From contig WHTV01000007.1 of NCBI GenBank assembly GCA_009377535.1, forward strand, positions 1,891-65,890: a stretch of 64,000 nt of DNA, written 5' to 3'. The notes beneath the pieces are model-generated. The model saw only the letters and a program-made list of their open reading frames with translations, had not been told where the DNA came from and searched no databases. Positions 46,111 to 55,827 of the stretch are shown piece by piece (the first letter of the stretch is position 1; every line of letters begins with the position of its first letter). The stretch is from Kiloniellaceae bacterium. GTDB taxonomy: Bacteria; Pseudomonadota; Alphaproteobacteria; Kiloniellales; Kiloniellaceae. The position numbers were made by a program, and so were the translations under genes.

Positions 46111-46953
46111 TCAGGGCCGCGGTTGCCCCGACGGGGCCGCCTCCGTCCCGACCATCCGCCGCATTGCCTCTGCGGTCTCCGCATCGGCGGGGAAGAAAGT
46201 CTCGATGACGAGTTCGGAGAGGCTGATGTCGAGGGCAGTGCCGAAGACCGTGGTAGTGCTGAGAAAGCGCAGGGTGCCCCCTTCGGTCTTCAACTCCAGC
46301 GGTACGGCGACTCCGCCCAGCGGATCTTCCGCGCCGGGCCGATAAGGCCACGCCGCCGGCGGCACGGGATAGCCCTTCAATTCCTCCAGAAGCTCGCTGA
46401 GCCGCACATCAGCCGAGGCGTCGATCTGGCGTGCCAGACGCTCCAATATGTGCGTGCGCCACTCGCGGAAGTTCGCGACGCGCGGGGCGAGTCCCGCCGG
46501 GTGCAGGCTGAGTCGCAGCACGTTCACCGGCGGCTTCAGCAGCCTTTCGTCGACGCCGGCCAGCAACGGCGCCACGGCACGGTTGGCGAAGACCAGAGAC
46601 CAGTGACGGTCGACGGCCAGTGCCGGGTGCGGCTCGTGGCCCGTCAGGATCAGTTCGACCGCGCGGCGTCCTGCCGCCAGCTCGGGATCGTCCAGCTTGC
46701 GCTCGCGGTAGACCGGCGCGAAGCCGGCGGCGACCAGCAGGGCGTTGCGCTCGCGCAGGGGAATCGTCAGCTGCTCGGCGAGGCGCAGCACCATGTCGCG
46801 GCTCGGCGCCGCGCGACCGGACTCGACGAAGCTCAGGTGGCGCTGGGAGACCTCGGCCGCGAGGGCGAGATCGAGCTGGCTCAGGCGCCGGCGCCAGCGC
46901 CAGCTGCGCAGCAACTCGCCGACTGGGGAGGAGGAGGTGGTGGTGGTTGTCAT
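46111..46953 (-). CDS. XRE-family HTH regulator with MmyB-like ligand-binding domain
   Basis: LSQLDLA...SQRHLSFVESGR; HEPHPALAVDRHW; FGTALDISLSEL. Confidence 0.92.
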   Translation of the reverse strand: MTTTTTSSSPVGELLRSWRWRRRLSQLDLALAAEVSQRHLSFVESGRAAPSRDMVLRLAEQLTIPLRERNALLVAAGFAPVYRERKLDDPELAAGRRAVELILTGHEPHPALAVDRHWSLVFANRAVAPLLAGVDERLLKPPVNVLRLSLHPAGLAPRVANFREWRTHILERLARQIDASADVRLSELLEELKGYPVPPAAWPYRPGAEDPLGGVAVPLELKTEGGTLRFLSTTTVFGTALDISLSELVIETFFPADAETAEAMRRMVGTEAAPSGQPRP

Positions 46954-47087
46954 CTCGCACAGTAGCAGGTGCAGAATCGCCTGACCAATTACCTCCGGGG
47001 TAATCGACCGGTGGCGGCAAGTCCCCCATCTTCATGGGCAGCACGCCGTCTTTCCTCACGGCGGCTACAACCCGAAAGGAGCCCGCC

Positions 47088-47495
47088 ATGCCGATGAAGT
47101 CTTCCCTGCCCTCCCTGCCCAGCCTGCTGCTAGTCGACGCGGCGACCTGCGTCGTCCTAGGCCTCGCGCTGGAATTCGGCGCCAGACCGATCGCGGCACT
47201 GACAGGCCTGCCGGAAAGCCCGCTTCTCTATGCCGGCCTCAGCCTCCTTCCTATCGCCGCCATCATGGCGCTGGTCGCGCTGCGTCCGGCGCTGCAGCCA
47301 GCGGGCGCCTTGTTAGTGATCGCCGGCAATGCAGCCTGGGCGATCGCGAGCCTCGCGCTGCTCGCCACCGGCTGGGTTACGCCCAACGGCCTCGGCATCG
47401 CCTTCGTCGTCGTCCAGGCCCTCGTCGTCGCCGTGCTGGCGATGCTGGAGCGGGCGGCCCTGCGCCGCATGGCGCCGCACCCGCGCGCAGCCTGA
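47088..47495 (+). CDS. hypothetical membrane protein
   Basis: LLVDAATC...GNAAWAIAS...QALVV; four TM segments; divergent from the MmyB-type regulator. Confidence 0.75.
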   Translation: MPMKSSLPSLPSLLLVDAATCVVLGLALEFGARPIAALTGLPESPLLYAGLSLLPIAAIMALVALRPALQPAGALLVIAGNAAWAIASLALLATGWVTPNGLGIAFVVVQALVVAVLAMLERAALRRMAPHPRAA

Positions 47496-47526
47496 ACCAT
47501 CCAACGCCAGAAACTAGGAGAAAGCC

Positions 47527-47868
47527 ATGACCGCCTATGCCGTCGCCGACCTGCACAAGTGCAAGATGGGCCCGGAGATCGTCGCGTACCTGGAGAAGAT
47601 CGACGCCACGCTGCAGCCCTTCGGCGGCCGTTACATCGTGCACGGCGGCAGGAAGACCGTGCTGGAGGGGACTTGGAGCGGCGACCTCATCATCATCGCC
47701 TTTCCTGATCGGGAAAAGGCCGCGGCTTGGTACGCCTCGCCGGCCTACCAGGCGATCATGAAGCTGCGCCGCGACAACAGCGAAGGCGACGTCATCCTGG
47801 TCGACGGCGTCGGGGAGGATCACCGGGCGACCGACATCCTGCAGCCCCAGGCTGCCCGCTGTACTTGA
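47527..47868 (+). CDS. DUF1330 protein
   Basis: PFGGRYIVHGG, FPDREKAAAWYASPAYQ. Confidence 0.9.
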   Translation: MTAYAVADLHKCKMGPEIVAYLEKIDATLQPFGGRYIVHGGRKTVLEGTWSGDLIIIAFPDREKAAAWYASPAYQAIMKLRRDNSEGDVILVDGVGEDHRATDILQPQAARCT

Positions 47869-47900
47869 CCTTGACCACACATATTAGAAAATTCCGCCCG

Positions 47901-48599
47901 CTAGCGTGCATCGTGGAAGATGATGCCCAGAGCATGCCGCTGCCCGGAACGAACCCGGCTCACCCCGTGGCGCATGTTCACACGGTAGGCGCCGCGTGTG
48001 CCCTGCACCGGACGATGATGCACGGGGAAGACGACGGCGTCGCCCCGACCCAGCGGCACCACCTCGACTCGCGACTGGCGGCGGGGGCGCTGCTCGGTCA
48101 GCACGAACTCGCCGCCAGTAAAGTCGTGGCCCGGTTCCGCCAGGAGAACGGTGACCTGCAGGGGAAAGACCTCCTCGCCGTAGAGGTCCTGGTGGAGGCA
48201 GTTGTAGTCACCCGCGCCATATTGCAGCAGCAGCGGCGTGGGCCTGGTCTGGCCGGCCCCATGGCAGCACTTGAGGTAGGTCCGATGGTCTGCCGGGAAG
48301 CACGCCTCCATGCCGAGGGCTGCGTTCCAGCGGTTGGCGACCTCGGCCAACGGCGGATAGAGGCTTTCGCGCAGCCCGGCCACGATCTCCGGCAGGGGAT
48401 AGGCGAAGTAGCTGTACTCGCCGCGCCCGAAGCCGTGGCGCGCCATGACGATGCGGCTACGGAACAGCGCGCGATCGTCATAGCTGCGCAGCAGGGCCTG
48501 GCAATCACGGGCGCCAAGGAGACCGGGCAGCACCGCATAGCCTTCAGCGTCGAGCGCCTCGGCGAGCGCCGCTTCCTTCACCCCTGCCGCAGGCTTCAC
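47901..48599 (-). CDS. 2OG-Fe(II) oxygenase (type commonly next to ada)
   Basis: NCLHQDLYG, GGEFVLTEQRPR, MRHGVSR. Confidence 0.9.
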   Translation of the reverse strand: MKPAAGVKEAALAEALDAEGYAVLPGLLGARDCQALLRSYDDRALFRSRIVMARHGFGRGEYSYFAYPLPEIVAGLRESLYPPLAEVANRWNAALGMEACFPADHRTYLKCCHGAGQTRPTPLLLQYGAGDYNCLHQDLYGEEVFPLQVTVLLAEPGHDFTGGEFVLTEQRPRRQSRVEVVPLGRGDAVVFPVHHRPVQGTRGAYRVNMRHGVSRVRSGQRHALGIIFHDAR

Positions 48600-49702
48600 G
48601 GCTGCCGCCCAGACGCCTCGCGCGCCAGCAGGGCGCGCTTGCGCTCGACGCCCCAGCGGTAGCCGGAGAGATCGCCGTCACTGCGCACTACGCGATGGCA
48701 GGGGATCGCCACTGCCAGACGATTGGCGGCGCAAGCGCCCGCTACCGCGCGCACCGCCTTTGGCTGGCCGATGCTGCGGGCGATGTCGGTATAGCTGACC
48801 GTGGTGCCGACGGGGATCTCGCTGAGGGCACGCCACACGCGCTGCTGAAAGGCGGTGCCGCGCAGGTCCAAGGGAAGATCAAGGCCCAGCCCCGGCGCCT
48901 CGACAAAGCCGACGATCTTCGCCATCCACTGCTCGAAGGCGGCATCACCGCCGATCAGGTCGGCCTTTGGGAAGCTGTCCTGCAAGGTGTGCACCAGCGC
49001 CTCCGCATCGTCGCCCAGGAGAATCGCGCAGACCCCCTTATCGCTGGCGGCGGCGAGGATGGCCCCGAGGGAGGACTGACCGACAGCGAAGCGGATGCGG
49101 GTGCCGGCGCCGCCGGCGCGGTAGGCGGTTGGCGTCATGCCGAGCAGCTCGGTCGACTTGGCGTAAAAGCGGCTGCTGGAGTTGAAGCCGGCGTCGTAGA
49201 TCGCCTCGGTCACCGTGGCGCTGCGGCCAAGCCCCTCGCGTAGCCGGGCGGCACGCTGGGCCGTCGCATAGGCCTTGGGCGTCACCCCCGTCGCCTGCTT
49301 GAAGACGCGGTGAAAGTGAAAACGGCTCATGCCGGCGGCCTGCGCCAGGGCATCGAGGCTCGGGATCTCCTCGGCTTCGGCGATCAGGCGGCAGGCCTCG
49401 GCCACCGCCGCGGCATGGCGCCCGCCGCCGGTGGCGGCAACCTCCGGCCGGCAGCGCTTGCAGGCCCGGAAGCCGGCCGCTTCCGCCTCAGCAGGGGTGG
49501 CATAGAAGCGCACGTTCTCCCGCTTCGGCTTGCGCGCCGGGCAGGTCGGCCGGCAGTAGATCCCGGTGCTGGTCACCGCGGTGACGAAGCGGCCGTCGGC
49601 TGCCGGGTCGCGCCGCAAGAGCGCTTCCCAGCGCGCGTCCGCCGAGGCGAAGGGCGCTCTGGCCCCGCTCATGGTTTCATCGGTCATGGCTTGAAGCGTC
49701 AT
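48596..49702 (-). CDS. ada: bifunctional Ada regulator / O6-methylguanine-DNA methyltransferase
   Basis: GIYCRPTCP, GFRACKRC, AraC HTH, AIPCHRV. Confidence 0.95.
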   Translation of the reverse strand: MTLQAMTDETMSGARAPFASADARWEALLRRDPAADGRFVTAVTSTGIYCRPTCPARKPKRENVRFYATPAEAEAAGFRACKRCRPEVAATGGGRHAAAVAEACRLIAEAEEIPSLDALAQAAGMSRFHFHRVFKQATGVTPKAYATAQRAARLREGLGRSATVTEAIYDAGFNSSSRFYAKSTELLGMTPTAYRAGGAGTRIRFAVGQSSLGAILAAASDKGVCAILLGDDAEALVHTLQDSFPKADLIGGDAAFEQWMAKIVGFVEAPGLGLDLPLDLRGTAFQQRVWRALSEIPVGTTVSYTDIARSIGQPKAVRAVAGACAANRLAVAIPCHRVVRSDGDLSGYRWGVERKRALLAREASGRQP

Positions 49703-49940
49703 CTCTTTCATCCTTGACTGAATTGCTCTGTGATTGTTCCGAGGCGGAACTCCGCCCCTCACTGACGCCATCCTGCGCGCCTGGCGGCGGCGCTTCACTC
49801 CGAAGCTTGCGCGGGCATTCCGGTCACCGGCGAAAGGATTGCGCGGCAACAAGCGGGGTGATGGCGCCATGCTGGGCGAGCAATGGTTCTGCCATCGCCG
49901 CCCTGGTGCGGCCCCAAGGCAATACAAAGGGAGTTTCCTC

Positions 49941-50705
49941 ATGGACAGTCTGAGCGGCAAGGTCGCCATCGTCACCGGAGCCAGCTCCGGCATCGGCCGC
50001 GCCACTGCGAAGCTTTTCGCCCAGGAAGGCGCCAGCCTCGTCGTCGCCGCCCGCGGCCAGGCCGGGCTCGACAGCCTGGTCGCCGAGATCGAGGCGAGCG
50101 GCGGGCAGGCCGTGGCGCTGGCTGGTGACGTCCGGGGCGAGCAGCTGGCGACGGATCTGGTAGCCACGGCGGTGGAGCGCTTCGGCGGCCTCGACATCGC
50201 GGTGAACAACGCGGGCACGCTCGGCGAGATGGCGCCGGTCCACGAACTCTCGACCGCCGGCTGGCGCGAGACCATCGACACCAACCTGACCAGTGCCTAC
50301 CTCGGCGCCAAGCACCAGGTGCCGGCGATGGTGGCGCGCGGCGGCGGCTCGCTGATCTTCACCTCGACCTTCGTCGGTTACTCCGTGGGTTTTCCCGGCA
50401 TGAGTGCCTATGCGGCCGGCAAGGCCGGGGTGATCGGCCTGGCCAAGGTGATCGCCGCCGAGTACGGCGCTCAGGGGGTGCGCGCCAACGCCATCCTGCC
50501 GGGCGGCACCGACACGCCGATGGGCCGCGTGGTGATCTCTTCGCCGGAGATGCGCAGCTTCGTCGAGGGTATGCATGCCCTGAAGCGCCTGGCGGAGCCG
50601 GAGGAAATCGCGCGCTCCATGCTGCACCTCGCCTCGGACGCCGGGAGCTTCATTACCGGCACGGCCTTCCTGGTGGACGGCGGCGTCTCGATCTGCCGGA
50701 CCTGA
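49941..50705 (+). CDS. SDR family oxidoreductase
   Basis: TGASSGIG, NNAG, YAAGK. Confidence 0.93.
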   Translation: MDSLSGKVAIVTGASSGIGRATAKLFAQEGASLVVAARGQAGLDSLVAEIEASGGQAVALAGDVRGEQLATDLVATAVERFGGLDIAVNNAGTLGEMAPVHELSTAGWRETIDTNLTSAYLGAKHQVPAMVARGGGSLIFTSTFVGYSVGFPGMSAYAAGKAGVIGLAKVIAAEYGAQGVRANAILPGGTDTPMGRVVISSPEMRSFVEGMHALKRLAEPEEIARSMLHLASDAGSFITGTAFLVDGGVSICRT

Positions 50706-50720
50706 AGGGCAGCGACGTCC

Positions 50721-51770
50721 TCAGCCGGCCCAGGCCTGGAACAGCAGGCCGGCGAGGAAGGAGCCGCTCAGCGCGAGGCCCAGGTAGAGCAGGAAGACGC
50801 GCTGCTTCACCAGGGCGAAAACGGCGATGGCGGCGGGCAGCGAGGTGACGCCGCCGGCGACCAGGAAGGCGAGGCCGGCGCCGGGTGCCATGCCCTGGCC
50901 GAGGAGGCCGCCGACCAGGGGCAGCGCGGCGTAGCCGTTGAGATAGGCCGGCACGCCGACGACGGTGGCCGCGGCGATCGGCAGCAAGCCTTCGCCGCCC
51001 AGCGCGCCGACGACCCATTCCGCCGGCACGTAGGCCAGCATAAGGCTCTCGATGAGGAAGGCGAGGGCGAGCCACTTGAAGAGGAAGGCCGTCGTCTTCC
51101 AGCCCTCGCGGGCGAACTTGGCAACGCGCGCGTCTTCCTGCCAGAAGCGCCAGACGACGGGCTTTGCCGAGCGCACCTTGGCGCCGCCGCAGCCGCCGTT
51201 GCCGACGCCCTCACGCAGTGGATCGGCAAGGCCGCCGGCGTGCATCAGGCCCAGGGTGGCAAAGCCGCCGAAGAGGCCGAGGCCGACCGCCGCGAGCGTC
51301 TTGGCAATGGCGAATTCGCTGCCCAGCACACCGGTCGTCAGCACGAACATCGAAGGGTCCATCACCGGCGAAGCGAGCCAGAAGGCCATCACGGCGGAAA
51401 GCGGCACGCCCATGGCGAGCAGCGCCGCAATAAGAGGAATCACCCCGCAGGAGCAGAACGGCGAAAGGCCGCCGGCCAGCGCCGCCAGCACGATCATCGC
51501 GTAGGGCGAGCCGGTGAAGGCGCGGGCGATCAAGTTGTCGGCCCCGGAGGCGCCAGCGTAGGCAGCGATGCCGATGGAGAGCAGCAGGTAAGGTGCGGTC
51601 TCGAGCAGGGCCTCCAGGGTAAAGTCCGCGCTGGCGGCGCCCTGCGTCGGATCGGCGGCGAAGAGCAGCGCGAGGATTACGGCGGAGGCGAGCCAAACGC
51701 GGGCGTCGGACCAGGCAAAGCGGGCGGCCTCAAGGCCGGCGGTGCGGACTCTCAGGGCAAGCTCGGTCAT
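50721..51770 (-). CDS. DUF318/ArsP-family permease
   Basis: PFCSCGVIP, FWLASP, PAYLNG, GGVTSLPA. Confidence 0.85.
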   Translation of the reverse strand: MTELALRVRTAGLEAARFAWSDARVWLASAVILALLFAADPTQGAASADFTLEALLETAPYLLLSIGIAAYAGASGADNLIARAFTGSPYAMIVLAALAGGLSPFCSCGVIPLIAALLAMGVPLSAVMAFWLASPVMDPSMFVLTTGVLGSEFAIAKTLAAVGLGLFGGFATLGLMHAGGLADPLREGVGNGGCGGAKVRSAKPVVWRFWQEDARVAKFAREGWKTTAFLFKWLALAFLIESLMLAYVPAEWVVGALGGEGLLPIAAATVVGVPAYLNGYAALPLVGGLLGQGMAPGAGLAFLVAGGVTSLPAAIAVFALVKQRVFLLYLGLALSGSFLAGLLFQAWAG

Positions 51771-51780
51771 CGCGATACCT

Positions 51781-51794
51781 CTAGATTTCTAGTT
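51781..51794 (-). promoter_or_regulatory. ArsR operator copy upstream of the permease
   Basis: CTAGATTTCTAGTT, 13/14 identical to 52155-52168. Confidence 0.55.
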
Positions 51795-51825
51795 CTATTG
51801 GCGCAAAGAAAAGCGGCCGCGGACT

Positions 51826-52140
51826 TCATGCCGCGTCCTCCGTCGTGAGGCTGACACCGGTGCAGCAATTGTCGGTGAGAAAGCCGACGGTGCGCCGCAT
51901 GGCTTCGTAGTCCGCCCGATTCACCACCTCGCGGCCCTGGCGTTCCTGAATCACCAGCCCGGCCGCGACCAGGGTGGAGAGGTGGTGGGCCAGCGTCGAG
52001 GCGGGCATCTTCAGATGCGCCGCAATCTCACCGACATTGAGGCCTGCCTCGCCCGCGCGCACCAGCAAGCGGTAGATGGCGAGGCGCGTCTCATGGCCGA
52101 GGGCGGCAAGGGCGCGGGCAATAACGGCGTTTTGCGACAT
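51826..52140 (-). CDS. arsR: ArsR/SmtB regulator with C-terminal vicinal Cys-Cys
   Basis: ALGHETRLAIYRLL, STLAHHL, DNCCTG. Confidence 0.88.
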   Translation of the reverse strand: MSQNAVIARALAALGHETRLAIYRLLVRAGEAGLNVGEIAAHLKMPASTLAHHLSTLVAAGLVIQERQGREVVNRADYEAMRRTVGFLTDNCCTGVSLTTEDAA

Positions 52141-52148
52141 ACCTAACG

Positions 52149-52175
52149 ATATAACTAGATTCCTAGTTTTGTCAA
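52149..52175 (-). promoter_or_regulatory. arsR promoter with palindromic operator
   Basis: TTGACA -35 with AACTAG-GAAT-CTAGTT in the spacer. Confidence 0.65.
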
Positions 52176-52258
52176 GCGGCAGAGAGCGCGGCAAGAAAAG
52201 CGGAACCTTTCCCGGTTCCGCCGCATCCAATGGTCAATAGTGTGGGTAGAATGAGGCG

Positions 52259-52966
52259 ATGACGAGAGCCATGGGAACGGTCACAGCGGCGATGCAAGGC
52301 CCCCTCTCCCGCCCGCTGACGCCGGACGACGACACCGCCCTGGTCGTGGCGGCGCGCGGCGGCGACACCGCGGCCTTCGAGGCGATCATGCGGCGGCACA
52401 ACCGGCTGCTGTTCCGCACCGCGCGCGCCATCCTGCAGAACGAGGCCGACGCCGAGGACGTCGTTCAGGAGGCCTACCTGAAGGCCTTCCTGCACCTCGG
52501 CGGCTTCGCCGGCGCCTCCCGCCTGTCCACCTGGCTGGTGAAGATCACCGTGAACGAGGCGCTCGCCCGACTGCGTCGCCGCATGCCGGCCGGCGCCCCC
52601 GAGCAGCCGGCGGAGGATAGCATGGTGCCGGAGACGACCGCCGAGACAAGCCCCGAAGCCGCCGCCGCGCAGGGGGAGATCCGCCGCCTGCTGGAGGCGG
52701 CCATCGATGCCCTGCCGCAGGCGCAACGCACCGTCTTCATGCTACGCGCGGTCGAGGAGTTCAGCACTGAGGACACCGCCGCCTGCCTCGGCATCCCGAC
52801 CGACACGGTGAAGACGCGGCTGCACCGTGCCAAGCAGCTACTGCGCCGCCGCCTGCAGCACCGCGTCGCCACCGCGCTCAGCGAAACCTTCCCCTTTGCC
52901 GGGGCGCGCTGCGACCGCGTGGTCGTCGCCGTGCTGGGCAAGCTCAACGCGCCGCCGCCCGGCTAG
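52259..52966 (+). CDS. ECF RNA polymerase sigma factor
   Basis: DAEDVVQEAYLKAF, LSTWLVKI, TVKTRLHRAK. Confidence 0.92.
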   Translation: MTRAMGTVTAAMQGPLSRPLTPDDDTALVVAARGGDTAAFEAIMRRHNRLLFRTARAILQNEADAEDVVQEAYLKAFLHLGGFAGASRLSTWLVKITVNEALARLRRRMPAGAPEQPAEDSMVPETTAETSPEAAAAQGEIRRLLEAAIDALPQAQRTVFMLRAVEEFSTEDTAACLGIPTDTVKTRLHRAKQLLRRRLQHRVATALSETFPFAGARCDRVVVAVLGKLNAPPPG

Positions 52967-53069
52967 CGAAGGCTCCGTTCACCGATTTCTCCGGTCCTCC
53001 CGCTCGCGCTCTCGCACCGGGCGACCGGCGAAGCCTTGCCTGAATCCATCCGACACTGAGGAGAGAAAG

Positions 53070-53633
53070 ATGACCGACACCACCGTTCTGCTGCCCCGCC
53101 GTTCCTTCTTCGCCGCCGCAGGCCGCACAACGCTCTCGGCCGGGGCGGTGATGCTGCTGGCCGGCTGCGGCACGCGCCAAGCCGCCATGGCCGCCGATCC
53201 GTCGGCCGACGCGAACATCCTGAACTCGGCGCTCGGCGCCGAGCAGGAGGCCATCGCCGCCTATCAGGTCGGCGCCGAGAGCGGTCTGCTGTCGCAGCCG
53301 GTGCTCGACCTCGCGGTGCAGTTCCAGGGCCACCACAAGGAGCACGCCGACGTCCTCGCCAAGATCGTGCGCGACCTCGGCGGCCAGGCGGTGGAGCCGC
53401 TCGCCAGCTACGACTTCCCGACCGACCAGCTGAAGAGCGAAGCCGACGTGCTGCGCTTCGCCGCCGGATTGGAGAAGGGCGCGGTCAGCGCCTACCTCGG
53501 CGCGGTACCGCTGTTCGCCGAGCGCGAACTGGCCAAAGCGGCCGCCAGCATCCTCGGCGACGAAGCCATGCATTGGGCGGTGCTGCGCTGTGCTCTGGGT
53601 GAGAACCCGGTCCCCGTGGCTTTCGTGTCCTGA
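53070..53633 (+). CDS. ferritin-like domain protein (Tat/lipoprotein-like signal)
   Basis: PRRSFF, LLAGC, ExEAIAAY...HKEH, EAMH di-iron-type motifs. Confidence 0.85.
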   Translation: MTDTTVLLPRRSFFAAAGRTTLSAGAVMLLAGCGTRQAAMAADPSADANILNSALGAEQEAIAAYQVGAESGLLSQPVLDLAVQFQGHHKEHADVLAKIVRDLGGQAVEPLASYDFPTDQLKSEADVLRFAAGLEKGAVSAYLGAVPLFAERELAKAAASILGDEAMHWAVLRCALGENPVPVAFVS

Positions 53634-53645
53634 TTTCTTCCCCAC

Positions 53646-54038
53646 ATGACCTCAGGAAAAGCAAGCCTCGCCGCGGCGGTGCTGCTGGCTCTGTTGGCAG
53701 TCACCGCCGCGGCAGCGGCTGCACCGCTCGGCGATGCGGCGCCCGGCGTGGCGATTTACGAACGCTGTCAGGCCTGCCACTCCCTCGAGCGCAACCGCAC
53801 CGGCCCCAAGCACTGCGGCCTGCTCGGCCGACCGGCCGGCGGCGTCGCTGGCTTCAGCTATTCCGCAGCGTTGCGCGATTCAGGCATCGTGTGGTCCAAG
53901 GAGAGCCTCGAGCGCTTCCTGGAAGCGCCGCTCACCGCCGTGCCTGGCACCCGCATGGGCTATGCCGGTGTCAAGGATCCGCAGGAGCGCGCCGACCTCA
54001 TCGCCTTCCTGGCCGCCGCCGCTCCCTGCAAAGATTAG
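53646..54038 (+). CDS. class I c-type cytochrome
   Basis: CQACH haem motif, GPKH, PGTRMGY. Confidence 0.92.
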   Translation: MTSGKASLAAAVLLALLAVTAAAAAAPLGDAAPGVAIYERCQACHSLERNRTGPKHCGLLGRPAGGVAGFSYSAALRDSGIVWSKESLERFLEAPLTAVPGTRMGYAGVKDPQERADLIAFLAAAAPCKD

Positions 54039-54108
54039 GGCTGTACTTCCGCCGGAGAGGCTGTCTTTGCTTGCAGCTGACATCTCTACTGCTGCAGGAC
54101 ATTCAGCC

Positions 54109-54738
54109 ATGTATCCCGTCAATCCGGAACTCTTCGCCGGCTTCGTCTTCGCCGTCGTCGTGCTGATCCTCATGCCGGGGCCGATCGTCACCCTGGTGGT
54201 CGCCAACTCGCTGGCCTACGGCCAGCGCATCGGGCTCGCCACCGTGGCCGGATCGAGCAGCGGCAACGCCCTGCTGGTCGCCGCCGGCGCACTCGGCCTC
54301 ACCACCTTGCTGGCGCTGGCGTCCGAGCTCTTCGAGGTGCTGCGCTGGGCCGGTGTCGCCTATCTGGTCTACCTCGGCATCAAGCAGTGGCGTCAGGTGT
54401 TCAGCGCCGGGCCGATGGCGCAGATGCCGGCGATGCGCTCCCACCGCGGCGTGTTCTGGCAGGGCGCGCTGGTGGCCATCACCAATCCCAAGACCATCTT
54501 CTTCTACGCCGCGTTCTTTCCGCAGTTCATCGATCCCGGCCTCGCGGTCGGGCCGCAGCTCATCGCCATGTCGGTCGCCATGGTGGTGATCGCCACCGCC
54601 CTCGACAGCCTCTACGCCGTGCTCGCCGGCCGAGTGCGTGGGGCCTTCGCCTCGGCGCGCGCCAACCGGGTGCGCCACGGCATCACCGGCACCCTGCTGC
54701 TCGGCACCGGCCTGGGGCTGGCTTTGGCAAGGCGCTAG
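54109..54738 (+). CDS. LysE/RhtB family translocator
   Basis: MPGP, TNPKTIFFYAAFFPQF. Confidence 0.92.
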   Translation: MYPVNPELFAGFVFAVVVLILMPGPIVTLVVANSLAYGQRIGLATVAGSSSGNALLVAAGALGLTTLLALASELFEVLRWAGVAYLVYLGIKQWRQVFSAGPMAQMPAMRSHRGVFWQGALVAITNPKTIFFYAAFFPQFIDPGLAVGPQLIAMSVAMVVIATALDSLYAVLAGRVRGAFASARANRVRHGITGTLLLGTGLGLALARR

Positions 54739-54825
54739 CGCGGCAAAGAGTCGCGGCGCCAGCAGCAGCAAAACCGTCGGAAAAGCTCTGGCCTCCGCCG
54801 GGGCGGCGGGTTTAAGGTCGCGCCC

Positions 54826-55026
54826 ATGAAAACCTTCTTCTTCGTGCTGGTGCTGATCGCCGCCTTCATCACGCTTGGCGTGCTGGCCACCGGCATCATC
54901 GGCATGGCCCGCGGCGGCGAGTTCAACGCCAAGTACGGCAACAAGCTGATGCGCGCGCGCGTCATCGCCCAGGGTGTCGCCCTGGCGCTCTTTGCCATCG
55001 CCGTCCTGGTCGGCAGCCAGGACTGA
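54826..55026 (+). CDS. HIG1-domain twin transmembrane protein
   Basis: NKLMRARVIAQG motif. Confidence 0.88.
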   Translation: MKTFFFVLVLIAAFITLGVLATGIIGMARGGEFNAKYGNKLMRARVIAQGVALALFAIAVLVGSQD

Positions 55027-55063
55027 GCCCCCAGGGACGAGACGAGAAAGCGACGCCCGCGGC

Positions 55064-55648
55064 ATGGTCAAACTCACGCGCATCTACACCAGGGGCGGCG
55101 ACAAGGGCAAAACCGCCTTGGGCACCGGCCAGCGGGTGGTCAAGCATCACCCCCGCGTCGCCGCCTACGGCACGGTGGACGAGGCCAACGCCGCCGTCGG
55201 TCTGGCGCGCCTGCACACCGCCGCCCTGCCGGACGCCGAGATCGATGCCATCCTCGACCGCGTGCAGAACGACCTCTTCGACCTCGGCGCCGACCTGGCG
55301 ACGCCGCAGGTGGCGCAGCCCAAGTATCCGCCGCTGCGCATCGTGGCCGAGCAGGTCGAGCGCCTGGAGGGCGAGATCGACCGCCTGAACGCGGACCTTG
55401 CGCCGCTCAACTCCTTCGTGCTGCCCGGCGGCACCCCTGCCGCCGCCCATCTGCATCTGGCGCGCACAGTCGCGCGGCGGGCCGAGCGCGAGGTCACCCT
55501 GCTGGCCGAGAGCGAGGCGATCAATCCGGAAGCCATCCGCTACATCAACCGCCTGTCCGATCTGTTCTTCGTCATGAGCCGCTACCTGAACGACCGCGGG
55601 GCCGGCGACGTGCTCTGGGAGCCGGGCGCAAACCGGCAGAAATCCTAG
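55064..55648 (+). CDS. pduO: cob(I)alamin adenosyltransferase (PduO type)
   Basis: IYTRGGDKG, YGTVDEAN, RTVARRAER, NRLSD. Confidence 0.93.
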   Translation: MVKLTRIYTRGGDKGKTALGTGQRVVKHHPRVAAYGTVDEANAAVGLARLHTAALPDAEIDAILDRVQNDLFDLGADLATPQVAQPKYPPLRIVAEQVERLEGEIDRLNADLAPLNSFVLPGGTPAAAHLHLARTVARRAEREVTLLAESEAINPEAIRYINRLSDLFFVMSRYLNDRGAGDVLWEPGANRQKS

Positions 55649-55669
55649 GGCTACGGCGGGGCGGTGTCG

Positions 55670-55698
55670 TTGACAGTGTACAATCATGCTCCTATTGT
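55670..55698 (+). promoter_or_regulatory. sigma70 promoter upstream of etfB
   Basis: TTGACA, 17 bp, TATTGT. Confidence 0.6.
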
Positions 55699-55827
55699 GC
55701 GGTTGCGAGATAGGCAGCTGACGTTTCCGTATGTCCGTCGACCCGGGGAATTGCGCAACGATCTTGCGCGGCATCGGGCGGCGGATTCTTTGACAGCACT
55801 AGACAAAAGGGTGGTCGCAGAGTTGCG

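Noticed and set aside
45780-46184. 134-aa minus-strand ORF upstream of flp
   Set aside because: Overlaps the MmyB gene end, has atypical composition and no motif; the region is better explained as structured non-coding DNA.
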